Positions 20,980-31,593 of a stretch of 64,000 nucleotides of DNA are shown here, piece after piece (positions within the stretch are counted from its first letter, which is position 1; every line of letters starts with the position of its first letter). The stretch is taken from positions 1,194,503-1,258,502 of the forward strand of contig OZ220716.1 of NCBI GenBank assembly GCA_965116795.1, in the 5' to 3' direction. Source of the stretch: Gammaproteobacteria bacterium (GTDB lineage: Bacteria > Pseudomonadota > Gammaproteobacteria > JAJFKG01). A program made the position numbers and the translations under genes. A model generated the notes under the pieces. The model was not told the origin of the DNA. It made no database searches and was given only the letters and a program-made list of their open reading frames with translations.

Positions 20980-21417
20980 TTATTTAGCAAACCCGAAATG
21001 ACGTCGTTGCTTTTCCCACAGCAGTGGAAACGGTGAGAGTAAGCGGCGCTGACTTAATTCGGGTGGGTGTTTGCCCTCCAAGATGGCTTGCTTGATATCC
21101 GGTGCGAGGAAATTCAAACGTAAGATGCGTGAGGCATACGATGAGTTCAGTTGGTAATGTTCGGTGAGTTCTTTGAGCATTTTGAATCGTTTTGTTTCTA
21201 ATAGGTGCTGCCAGTGATAGGCAGTAGCCAGCGCTTTGACCATGGATTCATTCGCTTGAACTTTTGCCGTAATGGGTTGGGTATTTTGCTCCGGTGGCAT
21301 GAGCCAGATTTTGCCACGGTAACGCTTGATCGCAATGGGCACTTTCATTGAGATCACATCTTGGTTGATGGTCACGGTTGTTTGCATGGGCTCTGTCCTT
21401 GAGAGGGATGTGCGCAC
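20980..21417 (-). CDS. Recombinase-associated hypothetical phage protein
   Basis: KALATAYHW...SYASRILRLNFLAPDIKQAILEG pattern typical of the gene following these recombinases. Confidence 0.7.
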   Translation of the reverse strand: MRTSLSRTEPMQTTVTINQDVISMKVPIAIKRYRGKIWLMPPEQNTQPITAKVQANESMVKALATAYHWQHLLETKRFKMLKELTEHYQLNSSYASRILRLNFLAPDIKQAILEGKHPPELSQRRLLSPFPLLWEKQRRHFGFAK

Positions 21418-22760
21418 AGTAATTGCCTTGCCAAGTTGTGAATACCGTTGATCCGGATCTGAATGTCGAGATGATCGGTGTGCAAGATCACTTGCGTTAA
21501 TAACAAATCAAGCAAGCGTTTTTGTTCCCCTGGAAATAACGATTGCCAAATTGGGGCGATATTGGTTAAGGCTTGTCGCACCTCATTGTCTGTGACGGTA
21601 TCATCGATTTGTTTAGCGGCTTTCCAGGTATCTAAAATCATTTCCGGTGTAGCGAAGACAGTTTGTATGTGCTGTAACACGTGGCGCTCAATTTCTCCAG
21701 CATTGATTTGTTTGGTGGGGCATTCTTTGCAGCGTCCTTGTTTGTAACCGGTGGCGGCATAATAGCGATAGCGTTTTTTACCTTGGCATTTAGTGGTGTG
21801 CACGGGTGTCATCGCAGACAAACAGCCACTGCATTTCAATAAGCCAGATAACAGTGCGCGTTGTTCGCGTTTTGTTTGGGTTGTGGTTTTCGGTGCACGT
21901 GCTTGTAATAACGTTTGGGTAGCCTCCCACATGTCTTGGGTAATAATCGCTTCATGACGTCCCTCATAGAGTTCGTTTTTATACGTTGTTTTGCCGATAT
22001 AAACGGGATTATTCAGGATTTTATAAATACCACCGATATCAAGCGCTACGCCACCAACGGTTTTGCCTTTTTTAGTGATACGTTGTTTGCTTTTAATATT
22101 CATGTCCGCTAAGGGTTTTACCATTTGGGTAGGTGATTGGGTTTTGAGAAATAACGCAAAGAGGGTGTGCACATTAGCGGCTTCATCGGGGTTAATGTGT
22201 AATTGCCTATCTTTGACATCATACCCCAGTGGCACGACGCCCCCCATCCATAAGCCTTTGCGTTTAGAGGCAGCGAACTTATCACGCACGCGCTCACCAA
22301 TGACTTCACGCTCAAATTGGGCGAAGGATAATAAGATGTTAAGCGTTAACCGCCCCATCGAGGTGGTGGTATTAAATTGCTGGGTAACCGAGACAAAGGA
22401 AATAGTATGCGTATCAAATAAGGTAATTAACATTGCAAAGTCAGCCAGTGAGCGTGATAATCTATCGACTTTGTATACGACCACGATATCAATCAATCCC
22501 TGTTCAATGTCTTGTATTAAACGCTTTAAGGCGGGGCGTTCCATATTGCCACCGGTAAAGCCACCGTCATCGTAGTGGTCATCGAGTAACAACCAACCCT
22601 CGTGTTTTTGCGAAGCGATGTAACATTCACAGGCATCGCGTTGTGCATCCAAGCTATTAAACGCTTGCTCTAAGCCTTCTTCGGTCGATTTGCGCGTATA
22701 AATGGCACAGCGTTTGGGTGTAACCGTGTTTGCATCATTGTTTGTGGTATTTCGCTTCAT
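21372..22760 (-). CDS. Large serine recombinase (integrase)
   Basis: AIYTRKS catalytic Ser, DDGGFTG, VYKVDRLSRS, recombinase domain, LLSGLLKCSGC zinc ribbon. Confidence 0.95.
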   Translation of the reverse strand: MKRNTTNNDANTVTPKRCAIYTRKSTEEGLEQAFNSLDAQRDACECYIASQKHEGWLLLDDHYDDGGFTGGNMERPALKRLIQDIEQGLIDIVVVYKVDRLSRSLADFAMLITLFDTHTISFVSVTQQFNTTTSMGRLTLNILLSFAQFEREVIGERVRDKFAASKRKGLWMGGVVPLGYDVKDRQLHINPDEAANVHTLFALFLKTQSPTQMVKPLADMNIKSKQRITKKGKTVGGVALDIGGIYKILNNPVYIGKTTYKNELYEGRHEAIITQDMWEATQTLLQARAPKTTTQTKREQRALLSGLLKCSGCLSAMTPVHTTKCQGKKRYRYYAATGYKQGRCKECPTKQINAGEIERHVLQHIQTVFATPEMILDTWKAAKQIDDTVTDNEVRQALTNIAPIWQSLFPGEQKRLLDLLLTQVILHTDHLDIQIRINGIHNLARQLLCAHPSQGQSPCKQP

Positions 22761-23224
22761 ACAGTAACTCCATTATTTTTACGCAATCCAAAGAAGAATA
22801 CCCCCGAGCAATTGTTACCGGTAATGAGTGTGGCAATTTTCGATAAGCTACTATACACACAACCGTCATATTCATAACCGTGTTCTAGCACAGTGACGGT
22901 ATGGTTTATCCCTTTGTAATGACGCACTAAGCGAGCGCCGACCATGGGGCGTGTGTAGTGGTTGCGTTTTCGTTTGTTTGTTTTCTTATTGTCAGGATAA
23001 TAGTGCTTGGCTTGTTCAGTGAGGCGTTTATTGATGTCCGGGTCAACCCCATAGGCTAACTCTTGCAAGCGATAACTTAATCGTTTTACCAGTAGACTTT
23101 TTTGTTGGGTATGGGGTTTGGTATTGTATAGCGTTTGCCACAGTGATTTTAATTCAGCCAGTGATAGGTTGGGTAGGGCAGTGACTTGTTCTAATACGGA
23201 TGTGTTAGAAGTAATGATTGGCAT
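22757..23224 (-). CDS. DUF2924-like protein
   Basis: LSYRLQELAYG, GARLVRHYKG, YSSLSKIATLITG, FFGL. Overlaps the recombinase start. Confidence 0.85.
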   Translation of the reverse strand: MPIITSNTSVLEQVTALPNLSLAELKSLWQTLYNTKPHTQQKSLLVKRLSYRLQELAYGVDPDINKRLTEQAKHYYPDNKKTNKRKRNHYTRPMVGARLVRHYKGINHTVTVLEHGYEYDGCVYSSLSKIATLITGNNCSGVFFFGLRKNNGVTV

Positions 23225-23390
23225 GGTTTTTTTCTCCTGTTAGTAACACATGTTAATCTATGCGATGATAAGTGCCACGTGGTTTATCAGGCTTTGTTTA
23301 CAGGCTTGACAGATTAAAGGGCGGGAAATGACGCCGGTTCAGTCAGGGGCACCGTTTGTTGATTGAATGACGCCATTTCCCTATTCTTTT

Positions 23391-23663
23391 TTAACCGTCT
23401 TGACAGGCTTTGTTGGCTAATTCAGCTTCATCCATCAAGTCGCCCGGACGCAGTTCATCGCATTGCCTGCAAGCTAATTGCAGTAAATCCGTTAGTCCCC
23501 ACAAGATGTTATAGAGCTCGCTTGCACAAGGTTGACCGCGAATTGTGACATTGGCAATGTCGGCCATTTGATGTAATTTGGCGCTTAGGGCTTCATGAGG
23601 TGTTTTGTAGTCCTCTTCGTCTTGTTCATCGATAGCGATATTGGGTAGAATAGATTGATTCAT
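23391..23663 (-). CDS. Small hypothetical phage protein
   Basis: RBS AAAGGAG before MNQSILPN. Flanked by hairpins. Confidence 0.5.
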   Translation of the reverse strand: MNQSILPNIAIDEQDEEDYKTPHEALSAKLHQMADIANVTIRGQPCASELYNILWGLTDLLQLACRQCDELRPGDLMDEAELANKACQDG

Positions 23664-25467
23664 GACAGTTAGTCTCCTTTGCTGATTGATTACTGTTGTG
23701 ATAGCCGCAGTCAGGGGTTTCCAGCATCTGGCTGCGGTGCCATCGCTGCTGATAATCGCTAGTATCCTGGTTAATAGCAAGCGCATCAAAACCATCAGCG
23801 CAATTAGCTCGCTGGGTTGGGCCGCATTAGCGCTGAAGAGCGCACTAACTTGCCGCATTACCCTACCCGATGGCACTGTCCATTTCAGTTTGGGGATTGG
23901 TTAAAAGGCCGATATCGTGTAAACGGCGCATAGACGCGATATACGCAATGAACTCACGGCGACGACGGCTTCTCCAATAGCGACTCCCCAATCAACCACT
24001 GTGTACCGATAAATAGCGTTCTCAGTAGCAAAATAATCGCCATGCAAAACAAGCTAATCACCGCAATGAATTATGGCGTCATTAAACTGGTTTAAACTGC
24101 TAAATCGCCTTAACTGAATAATGACAAAGACAGCTGCAAATAGAATAGGTTACTGACGTTTTATGGGGAATTTCAGAATCAGGTTTTGAGACTTGGTGTT
24201 GACTATCCAAACTCAGCTGGTTTCGGTTAGGATTCAGAGAGTTAACCGCTGGTTTCAGTTTACAGGTGCACTACTATTATTACTAACGTAATAATAATAA
24301 CAGTAAGATACACTAACGTCAGTTACTGTGTAAATTACTTTAATTATAAATTAATTTAATTTAAGTACCGCTTTATTTAATAACCCACTCAGCCTATCAC
24401 GTATACTCCCTTGTGCTATTTTGTCTTTGCATACAGACGAACACCCAAAGCAAACACACACGTAACGCCAACAAGATGAACATTCATCATACCTCTGTCA
24501 CTTACCTCATTTCCCTCACTTCGCTTACCTCATTGCCACTAACGCCACTTCACCTCAATTTCACGCTTAACATCACTATCAAGAGATAATTAGTGCAGGT
24601 GTTAAAAGATAATAGCCTTAAAACGCCCATAGGCAGGCTTTAAACACGTTAACTCTTTTTATTAATGCATTGGCATTGCTTAACGCAACATCGTCTCTTG
24701 AAACGCTTATACGACGTTTTTGTTGTTTAATAAAATTAACGCTTGCAAAATACTTAACACACAAAAATATTTTTGATGCAGAAGTAAAACAAGTAGCGGT
24801 CATTGTTTTTTTTGATCACACACTTGTGTACGTCGGTTGTGCAAGTGGATCACCAGTGAAACGAAAAGACATTAAGATAGACGCAGAGATAATAGGGCTT
24901 GTTTAAATTAAAAATATTCATGGCAGAGGGTAAAACAAATTATCCACTTGAACGCCGACAAATAGTTTTAAATGCGTTAAACGTTTTTATTAAACTTTCT
25001 CATTACTTGCCACGATATCGTTGTTTAAATCGCTGGTGTGGCGTGTTAAGCCAATCACGTTACTTGCGTGACTAACACACAGTGCTAACACATCACATTT
25101 TTGTGTGCAGAAGTTAAAATAATCAACAACAGGCTCATTTTTTATGAGTTGTCATCCCCAATGCCCACCCACAATAGGGTTACAACTTTTGCTATTTTTA
25201 CTTATGGTGAATTTTAATGCAGCGTGTTTTCTTACAGTATTATGCAGTTATCGTGTTACATCTTATATGATACAAAAACCGCAATTCGTGGTAGACTTTT
25301 CGCTATGGTTGACAGAGGTGGCACAGGGGAGCCGCTGGCGGATTTGCAAGAAGGTAAAACCAACGTCCAAACACCGCTATCTATCTTACAACACAGCATG
25401 ACAGGCGTTAACAGAGGGCACAAAGAAGCGAGAGACGAATGACGGTCGATAAAAGAAATATCTGGAA

Positions 25468-25850
25468 TATCAAATGGTTACGGGTCCTTCCTGAAGCCAA
25501 AACGCATTCGGGCTTCCGTTGCGCAATATGTCGCTAGCGATAGAACAAAAAAAAGGGTTTGCGGGTTGCACCTAAACCTAAAACACAAAAAATCTCAAAC
25601 AAATCAAACACTTAAGTCAATATTCAACCCATTTGCCCCGCTCTGTGTGGTTTGCAGGCAGAAGCTAACTTATTGAATCTCATAGATTTTTTTAAAATTT
25701 AGGTTTGCACCCTAGGGTTTGCAGTCAATTTGCATAACCCGTTGAATTCACAGTATTTATCTTAAATCTCAGTGCAAACCCAGCGTCAACAGGTTTGCAC
25801 CTCGATTGCCCTTGGGGTTTGCACTCAAGCCACACCTTGGTTTGCACGTT
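25468..25850 (+). other. Putative cos packaging site (cosQ-cosN-cosB-like)
   Basis: GGGTCCT at 25482 (lambda cosQ). Symmetric cgcattcGGGCTTCCGTTGcgc then TCGCTA as in lambda. About 8 GGTTTGC repeats. WATCAAN4TTR sites at 25468 and 25602. Confidence 0.7.
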
Positions 25851-25884
25851 ACCCCTTCACTCACCCACTTGAAAAGGATTTACC

Positions 25885-27177
25885 ATGGACTTGACGGTTC
25901 AACAGACACCGTTGGAATAATTGATCCCGTATGCCCGTAATGCACGCACACACAGTGATGCACAGGTGGCACAAATCGCGGCTTCGATTACTGAATTTGG
26001 TTTTGTGAATCCAATATTGATGGGGACTGACAATGTCATCATCGCTGGCCACGGTCGTGTACTGGCGGCACAAAAGCTTAAGCTTGAAACAGTGCCGACC
26101 ATTACCCTCGTTCACTTAAATGAAAATCAACGCCATGCCTTAGTGATTGCCGATAACAAATTGGCGGAGAATGCCAGTTGGGATGAAGCGTTGTTGCGTC
26201 TGGAATTACATAGCTTAGTCGATGAGGATTTCAATGTGGATTTGCTTGGCTTTGATGATGTTGATTTGGATGCCTTGTTGGATGGTTTAGAGGATGAAGA
26301 TAATACGACATTGGCTACTGAAGACGATTTGCCAGAGCCGCAAACCAATCCGGTTAGCCAATTAGGACAACTGTGGGTGTTAGGCAATCATCGCTTGCTC
26401 TGTGGTGATGCAACAATCCTTGCTAGTTATCAAACGCTGATGCAAGAAGGGTATGCTCACATGGTGTTTACTGATCCACCCTATAACGTTAACTTTGGTG
26501 ATCCAAAAAGAGGCTCATTGGTGCAGCGAGCAATGAGTAAAACCAGTCATCGGATTTTAAATGATAACTTAGGTGATGATTTCGAGATGTTTATCCGTGA
26601 TGCGTGTGCGCATATGCTCACCTATACGCAAGGTGCATTTTATATTTGCATGGGACTCAGTGAGCTAGAGACACTTAAGCGTGCCTTTTGCGAGGCAGGC
26701 GGTCGCTATTCTACGTGCATTATGTGGGTAAAGAATCGTTTTGTGTTAGGCCATGCGGATTATCATAATCAATATGAGCCTATTGTGTATGGTTGGAAAG
26801 GGGGTAGCGATCATTATTGGTGTGGTGCGCGCGATCAAAGTAATGTGTGGTGTTATGACATCATGTATAAGAATCACTTACACCCAACGATGAAGCCAGT
26901 GGAATTGGTCAGTCGTGCGATTGAGAACTCCAGTCAACGAGGGGAGGTGGTATTAGATCCCTTTGCGGGTTCTGGTACGACATTAATTGCAGCTGAACAA
27001 CTAGGACGACATGCCCGATTAATGGAGTTAAACCCAAGCTATGTGGATGTCATTATTGAGCGTTGGCAGATGTTGACAGGACAACAGGCTTATCTTGAAG
27101 AGTCTAAACAAGCTTATGATGAGTTGTTAGCGTTAGCACGAGATGAAGCAACTGAGGTTGATGTAAAAGAGGATTAA
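25885..27177 (+). pseudogene. ParB-N + DNA methyltransferase with in-frame TAA at codon 12
   Basis: RBS AAGGA, ATG 25885, MDLTVQQTPLE*LIPYARNARTH. DPPY, HPTMKP, DPFAGSGTT motifs. TTG restart at 25921 possible. Confidence 0.8.
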
Positions 27178-27182
27178 ATCAT

Positions 27183-27710
27183 ATGGGTGTTTCTATTCGT
27201 GAGTATGCCAGAGGCCGTGGGGTAAGTGATACCGCGGTTCACAAAGCCATCAAGCAAGGACGCATTATTAAAGAACCTGATGGTACCATTGATGTTGAAC
27301 GAGCTGACAGAGATTGGTTAGCCAATACCGTCTCATCTCAATTAAAATCAGTGCCTAATGCCGCCATACAAGATGTGATCACTACACTGCAAGAAAACGG
27401 TCAGGCTGTCTCTTCACGAGGTAACACTTTTCTTGAAGCCAAGACCGCCAATGAAATTATCAAAGCAAAAACCAATAAACTGCGTTTTAAACAATTAAAT
27501 GGCGAATTACTCGAGCGCGATAAAGTTTGTGCGCAAGTCTTTCAATTAGCCCGTCAAGAACGTGATGCTTGGACTTCTTGGCCAGCGCGCATTGCGAGTC
27601 AAATGGCCGCACAATTACACGTTGATGCGCATACATTGCAAGTGACACTGGAACAGGCTATTCGTGAGCACTTAGTTGAGTTAGGCGACATCGCGTTAAC
27701 GGTTGAATAA
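27183..27710 (+). CDS. Terminase small subunit-like protein
   Basis: N-terminal HTH (SIREYARGRGVSDTAVHKAI). Lies immediately before TerL. Confidence 0.75.
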   Translation: MGVSIREYARGRGVSDTAVHKAIKQGRIIKEPDGTIDVERADRDWLANTVSSQLKSVPNAAIQDVITTLQENGQAVSSRGNTFLEAKTANEIIKAKTNKLRFKQLNGELLERDKVCAQVFQLARQERDAWTSWPARIASQMAAQLHVDAHTLQVTLEQAIREHLVELGDIALTVE

Positions 27711-27714
27711 CATC

Positions 27715-29745
27715 ATGTCAACACAGATTGTACCCATGACTTGGCGAATGGGGGTGATCCCCGACCCAAACTTAACAATTTCGCAGTGGGCAGATGAATA
27801 TCGCACCTTATCACCCAAAGCCGCTGCAGAGCCAGGGCGTTGGCGCACAGAACGTACACCGTACTTGCGTGAAATCATGGATGCACTATCACCGCATACA
27901 TCAACACAACGTATTATTTTTATGAAAGGCGCTCAAATTGGGGGCACAGAAGCGGGTAATAATTGGATTGGGTATGTGATACATCTATCGCCTGCCCCAA
28001 TGATGGCCGTCTCTCCAACAACAGAACTGGCAAAACGTAATTCAAAGCAACGTATTGACCCACTTATTGAAGATTGCGCGGCATTAAAAGAACGGGTGAA
28101 ACCGGCACGTTCGCGTGATTCAGGCAATACCGTATTATCAAAAGACTTCCCTGGTGGCGTGTTGGTGATGACGGGGGCGAATTCGGCAGTTGGGTTACGC
28201 TCGATGCCAGCGCGCTATTTATTTATGGATGAAGTGGATGGTTATCCTGGCGATATTGAAGGTGAAGGCGACCCCATTGTGTTAGCTGAAAGACGCAGTG
28301 CCACCTTTCAAACACGACGTAAAATATTTTTAGTGAGTACGCCAACGCTCAAAGGCTTATCACGAATTAATCGTGAGTTTGAGCAAACAGACCAACGTTA
28401 TTATCAGGTGCCGTGTCCACATTGTCAGCATTTCCAAGCCTTACGTTTCGGTCAATTACGTTGGGAGGAAGGGTGTCCTGTTGATGTGGCTTACCAATGT
28501 GAATCATGTGATGAATTGATTGCAGAGCACCATAAAACAGATTTATTAGCCAACGGTAAATGGGTGGCTACCAATGATAATCCGCAACAACGTCACACGG
28601 TTGGTTATCACTTATCAAGTCTTTACAGTCCCATTGGCTGGTTTAGTTGGTCGGATGCAGCCAATTTATATGAACAAGCCAAAGCGCATCCAGAACTCAT
28701 GAAAAGTTTTGTCAATACCGTATTAGGAGAGCCTTATGAAGAAGAACACGATGCACCGGACTGGGAAGTCCTTTACCAACGACGTGAGGCGTACCCGCAA
28801 GGTATTGTCCCGATTGGTGGATTGTTCCTTACAGCTGGTGTTGATATTCAAAAAGACCGTATTGAATGTGAAGTCACTGCTTGGTCGCGTGATAAGCAAA
28901 GTTTCTCAGTGCATTATGCGGTGTTGGCAGGCGATACAGCGCGCAGTGAGGTCTGGCGACAATTAGCATTACTCTTACAAAAAGATTGGCCACATGCATC
29001 AGGTCATACGTTACCGATTAGAGTGATGGCCGTTGACAGTGGTTATGCCACCCAAGATGTGTATGCATGGGTCAAGCAACATCCCCAAGCGATTTGGGGT
29101 GGCGGCGGTGCACGAGCGAATCAACCGCGTACGGTTGTGGCGGTAAAAGGCAGTGACAGAGATACGGCATTAATATTAAGTGCCTCTAAAACAGAACTCA
29201 GCGGTAAACGTCGTGGATTGCGTGTATGGAATGTGTCAAGTTCTGTTGCCAAAGTAGAACTCTATCGCTGGTTAAAACTGGAAGGACAAATAGATGATGA
29301 TAACGTGATGCATTATCCATCGGGTTATTGTCATTTTCCGCCATATGAACCGGAATACTTCAAACAACTGACCGCCGAGAAGCGCATTATCCGCATACAT
29401 CGCGGCTATCCGAAAGCGGTGTGGGAGAAAGACCCGACTCGGCGCAACGAAGCATTAGATTGTCGGGTGTATGCCAGAGCGGCTGCCAGCATTTATGGAT
29501 TAGACCGGTTTAATGAACATCATTGGCAACAGTTTCTCGATGCGTTAGGTAAACCACCCCCTGTGCCACCGGCAACTGTAACGGTTGTTAAGCAAGATAA
29601 CGCTACTGTATCAGCACAGCACAAACCCTCAACGATAGCTTCGTCATCAACCCATTTTATGCGTGCGTATATTGAGAATGGGCCACAAATCCAATTGCCA
29701 GATGACCCGTATTTACAAGATGATTTGAGTGATTTGTTAGATTGA
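27715..29745 (+). CDS. Terminase large subunit, lambda GpA family
   Basis: KGAQIGGTE Walker A, FMDEVDGY, VSTPT, GVDIQ, NEALDCRVYA. Confidence 0.95.
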   Translation: MSTQIVPMTWRMGVIPDPNLTISQWADEYRTLSPKAAAEPGRWRTERTPYLREIMDALSPHTSTQRIIFMKGAQIGGTEAGNNWIGYVIHLSPAPMMAVSPTTELAKRNSKQRIDPLIEDCAALKERVKPARSRDSGNTVLSKDFPGGVLVMTGANSAVGLRSMPARYLFMDEVDGYPGDIEGEGDPIVLAERRSATFQTRRKIFLVSTPTLKGLSRINREFEQTDQRYYQVPCPHCQHFQALRFGQLRWEEGCPVDVAYQCESCDELIAEHHKTDLLANGKWVATNDNPQQRHTVGYHLSSLYSPIGWFSWSDAANLYEQAKAHPELMKSFVNTVLGEPYEEEHDAPDWEVLYQRREAYPQGIVPIGGLFLTAGVDIQKDRIECEVTAWSRDKQSFSVHYAVLAGDTARSEVWRQLALLLQKDWPHASGHTLPIRVMAVDSGYATQDVYAWVKQHPQAIWGGGGARANQPRTVVAVKGSDRDTALILSASKTELSGKRRGLRVWNVSSSVAKVELYRWLKLEGQIDDDNVMHYPSGYCHFPPYEPEYFKQLTAEKRIIRIHRGYPKAVWEKDPTRRNEALDCRVYARAAASIYGLDRFNEHHWQQFLDALGKPPPVPPATVTVVKQDNATVSAQHKPSTIASSSTHFMRAYIENGPQIQLPDDPYLQDDLSDLLD

Positions 29746-29761
29746 ATGAAAAGGATTGTAA

Positions 29762-30001
29762 ATGATGTCAACACCAGATTTAGCCACATTACAAACCCGA
29801 TTAAAAGAAGCCGAAGAGGCTTATCATTTATTAATGACAGGCTCTCAAGAAGCAAGTGTTCACATAGATGGGTATGGGAGCATCACGTATACCACAGCCA
29901 GTTTAACCCAGTTGGAATGTTATATCAGTAATTTAAAAACGATTATTGCAAGACAAACTGGCCGTGGTGGTGGACGCAAAGCCTTATTTGTAGGGTTTTA
30001 A
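29762..30001 (+). CDS. gpW-like head-tail joining protein
   Basis: Position between TerL and portal; AYHLLMTG...ITYT...L..YI..L. Confidence 0.8.
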   Translation: MMSTPDLATLQTRLKEAEEAYHLLMTGSQEASVHIDGYGSITYTTASLTQLECYISNLKTIIARQTGRGGGRKALFVGF

Positions 30002-30002
30002 T

Positions 30003-31553
30003 ATGCGTATGCATTCAAGCAAAACAACGGATACGGCGCATCGCGGAGCCTCATTGAATGCCAGTGAAATAGCGTCTTGGCATCCGTTTGCAGGGTCGGC
30101 TGACAGTGATTTACTACCGGAGTTAGGCACGTTAGTCTCACGTTCTCGTGATTTAGTGCGTAATCATGGGGTGGCTAGCGGTGCGATACAAACGTTAACC
30201 GATAATATTGTGGGCACCGGATTACGCTTAGCGGCACGGCCTGATTATGTTGCACTCGGTAAAACCAAAGAGTGGGCCGATGACTGGGCACGGCAAGTGG
30301 AATCTCACTTTCGCACGTGGGCTGAATCAACACATTGTGATGCGGCGAATTCACTCACCTTTGCAGGTTTAACCATACAAGTGTTTCGCTCTTCGTTATT
30401 AAATGGAGAAAGCTTGGCATTACCGCTGTGGTTACCAAACCGTAACTTTGCAACAACATTGCAGTTAATAGAAGCGGATAGATTAAGCAATCCCAATGGT
30501 GAACAGGATACGCAAACATTACGTGGTGGCATTGAGATTGATAAGTTTGGTGCACCGGTAGCGTATTGGATTAAGCGCACGCATCCTGGCGATAGATTTA
30601 CAGCATTGTCATCACAACAGGCTGATTGGCAACGCATACCAGCGACAACAAAGTTTGGTCGCCAACGCGTGATACATATTCATGATAAAGAGCGTACCGG
30701 ACAGACACGGGGTAAGCCACTCTTAACCAGTGTGCTGCCATTATTCAAAACATTAGACCATTACGAGCGTAGCGAATTACAAGCCGCGGTGGTAAACGCG
30801 ATGATAGCGGCCTTTGTTGAAAGTCCGTTAGATAATGAGGGTATCAGTGATTTATTTGGTGGTGATTTGAATGAATACATGAAGGCGAGGGGTCAGTGGC
30901 GCTTGAACTTAAAAAGCGGTGCTATTATCCCGGTCTTCCCGGGTGACAAAGTCTCATCCTTTACACCCAGTCGGCCTAATAGTGGTTATGGGCAATTTGT
31001 AGAGAATGTATTGCGTCATATTGGAACCGGATTGAATCTCCCGTTTGAACTCTTGATGAAGGATTTTTCGAAAACCAATTACTCCAGTGCTCGCGCTGCG
31101 CTGATGGAAGCGTGGCGCTTTTTTTCAGGGCGCAGGCAATGGTTAGCGACGTACTGGGCAAGACCGGTGTATGCCTTGTGGTTAGAAGAAGCCGTCAACA
31201 AAGGCTTAATTGAGGCCCCACACTTCTACCAATACAAACAAGCTTGGACACGCTCGAAATGGATTGGAGCCGGTCGTGGGTGGATTGACCCTGTTAAAGA
31301 AGCACAAGCGTCAAACATTCGGATGAACATTGGATTATCCACGTTAGAAGAAGAATGTGCGGCGCAAGGCTTAGATTGGGAAGAAGTGTTAGAGCAACGT
31401 GCTCGTGAGCAAGCCAAACAACGTGAGTTAGGTTTAACAACAACAGATAATGTTGCAGCAAAATCACCAACAAAATTGAATGACAATGCTGTTGATGACG
31501 CACCCAATGAGAATATTGATGATGCATCTAATAGTGATACCAAAACCCCATAA
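30003..31553 (+). CDS. Portal protein, lambda family
   Basis: RSRDLVRN, GQTRG, NYSSARAAL, WIDPVKE. Confidence 0.95.
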   Translation: MRMHSSKTTDTAHRGASLNASEIASWHPFAGSADSDLLPELGTLVSRSRDLVRNHGVASGAIQTLTDNIVGTGLRLAARPDYVALGKTKEWADDWARQVESHFRTWAESTHCDAANSLTFAGLTIQVFRSSLLNGESLALPLWLPNRNFATTLQLIEADRLSNPNGEQDTQTLRGGIEIDKFGAPVAYWIKRTHPGDRFTALSSQQADWQRIPATTKFGRQRVIHIHDKERTGQTRGKPLLTSVLPLFKTLDHYERSELQAAVVNAMIAAFVESPLDNEGISDLFGGDLNEYMKARGQWRLNLKSGAIIPVFPGDKVSSFTPSRPNSGYGQFVENVLRHIGTGLNLPFELLMKDFSKTNYSSARAALMEAWRFFSGRRQWLATYWARPVYALWLEEAVNKGLIEAPHFYQYKQAWTRSKWIGAGRGWIDPVKEAQASNIRMNIGLSTLEEECAAQGLDWEEVLEQRAREQAKQRELGLTTTDNVAAKSPTKLNDNAVDDAPNENIDDASNSDTKTP

Positions 31554-31593
31554 CAACCGTTAACCCATTTATTTTATTCAAAAGGAAACGACT

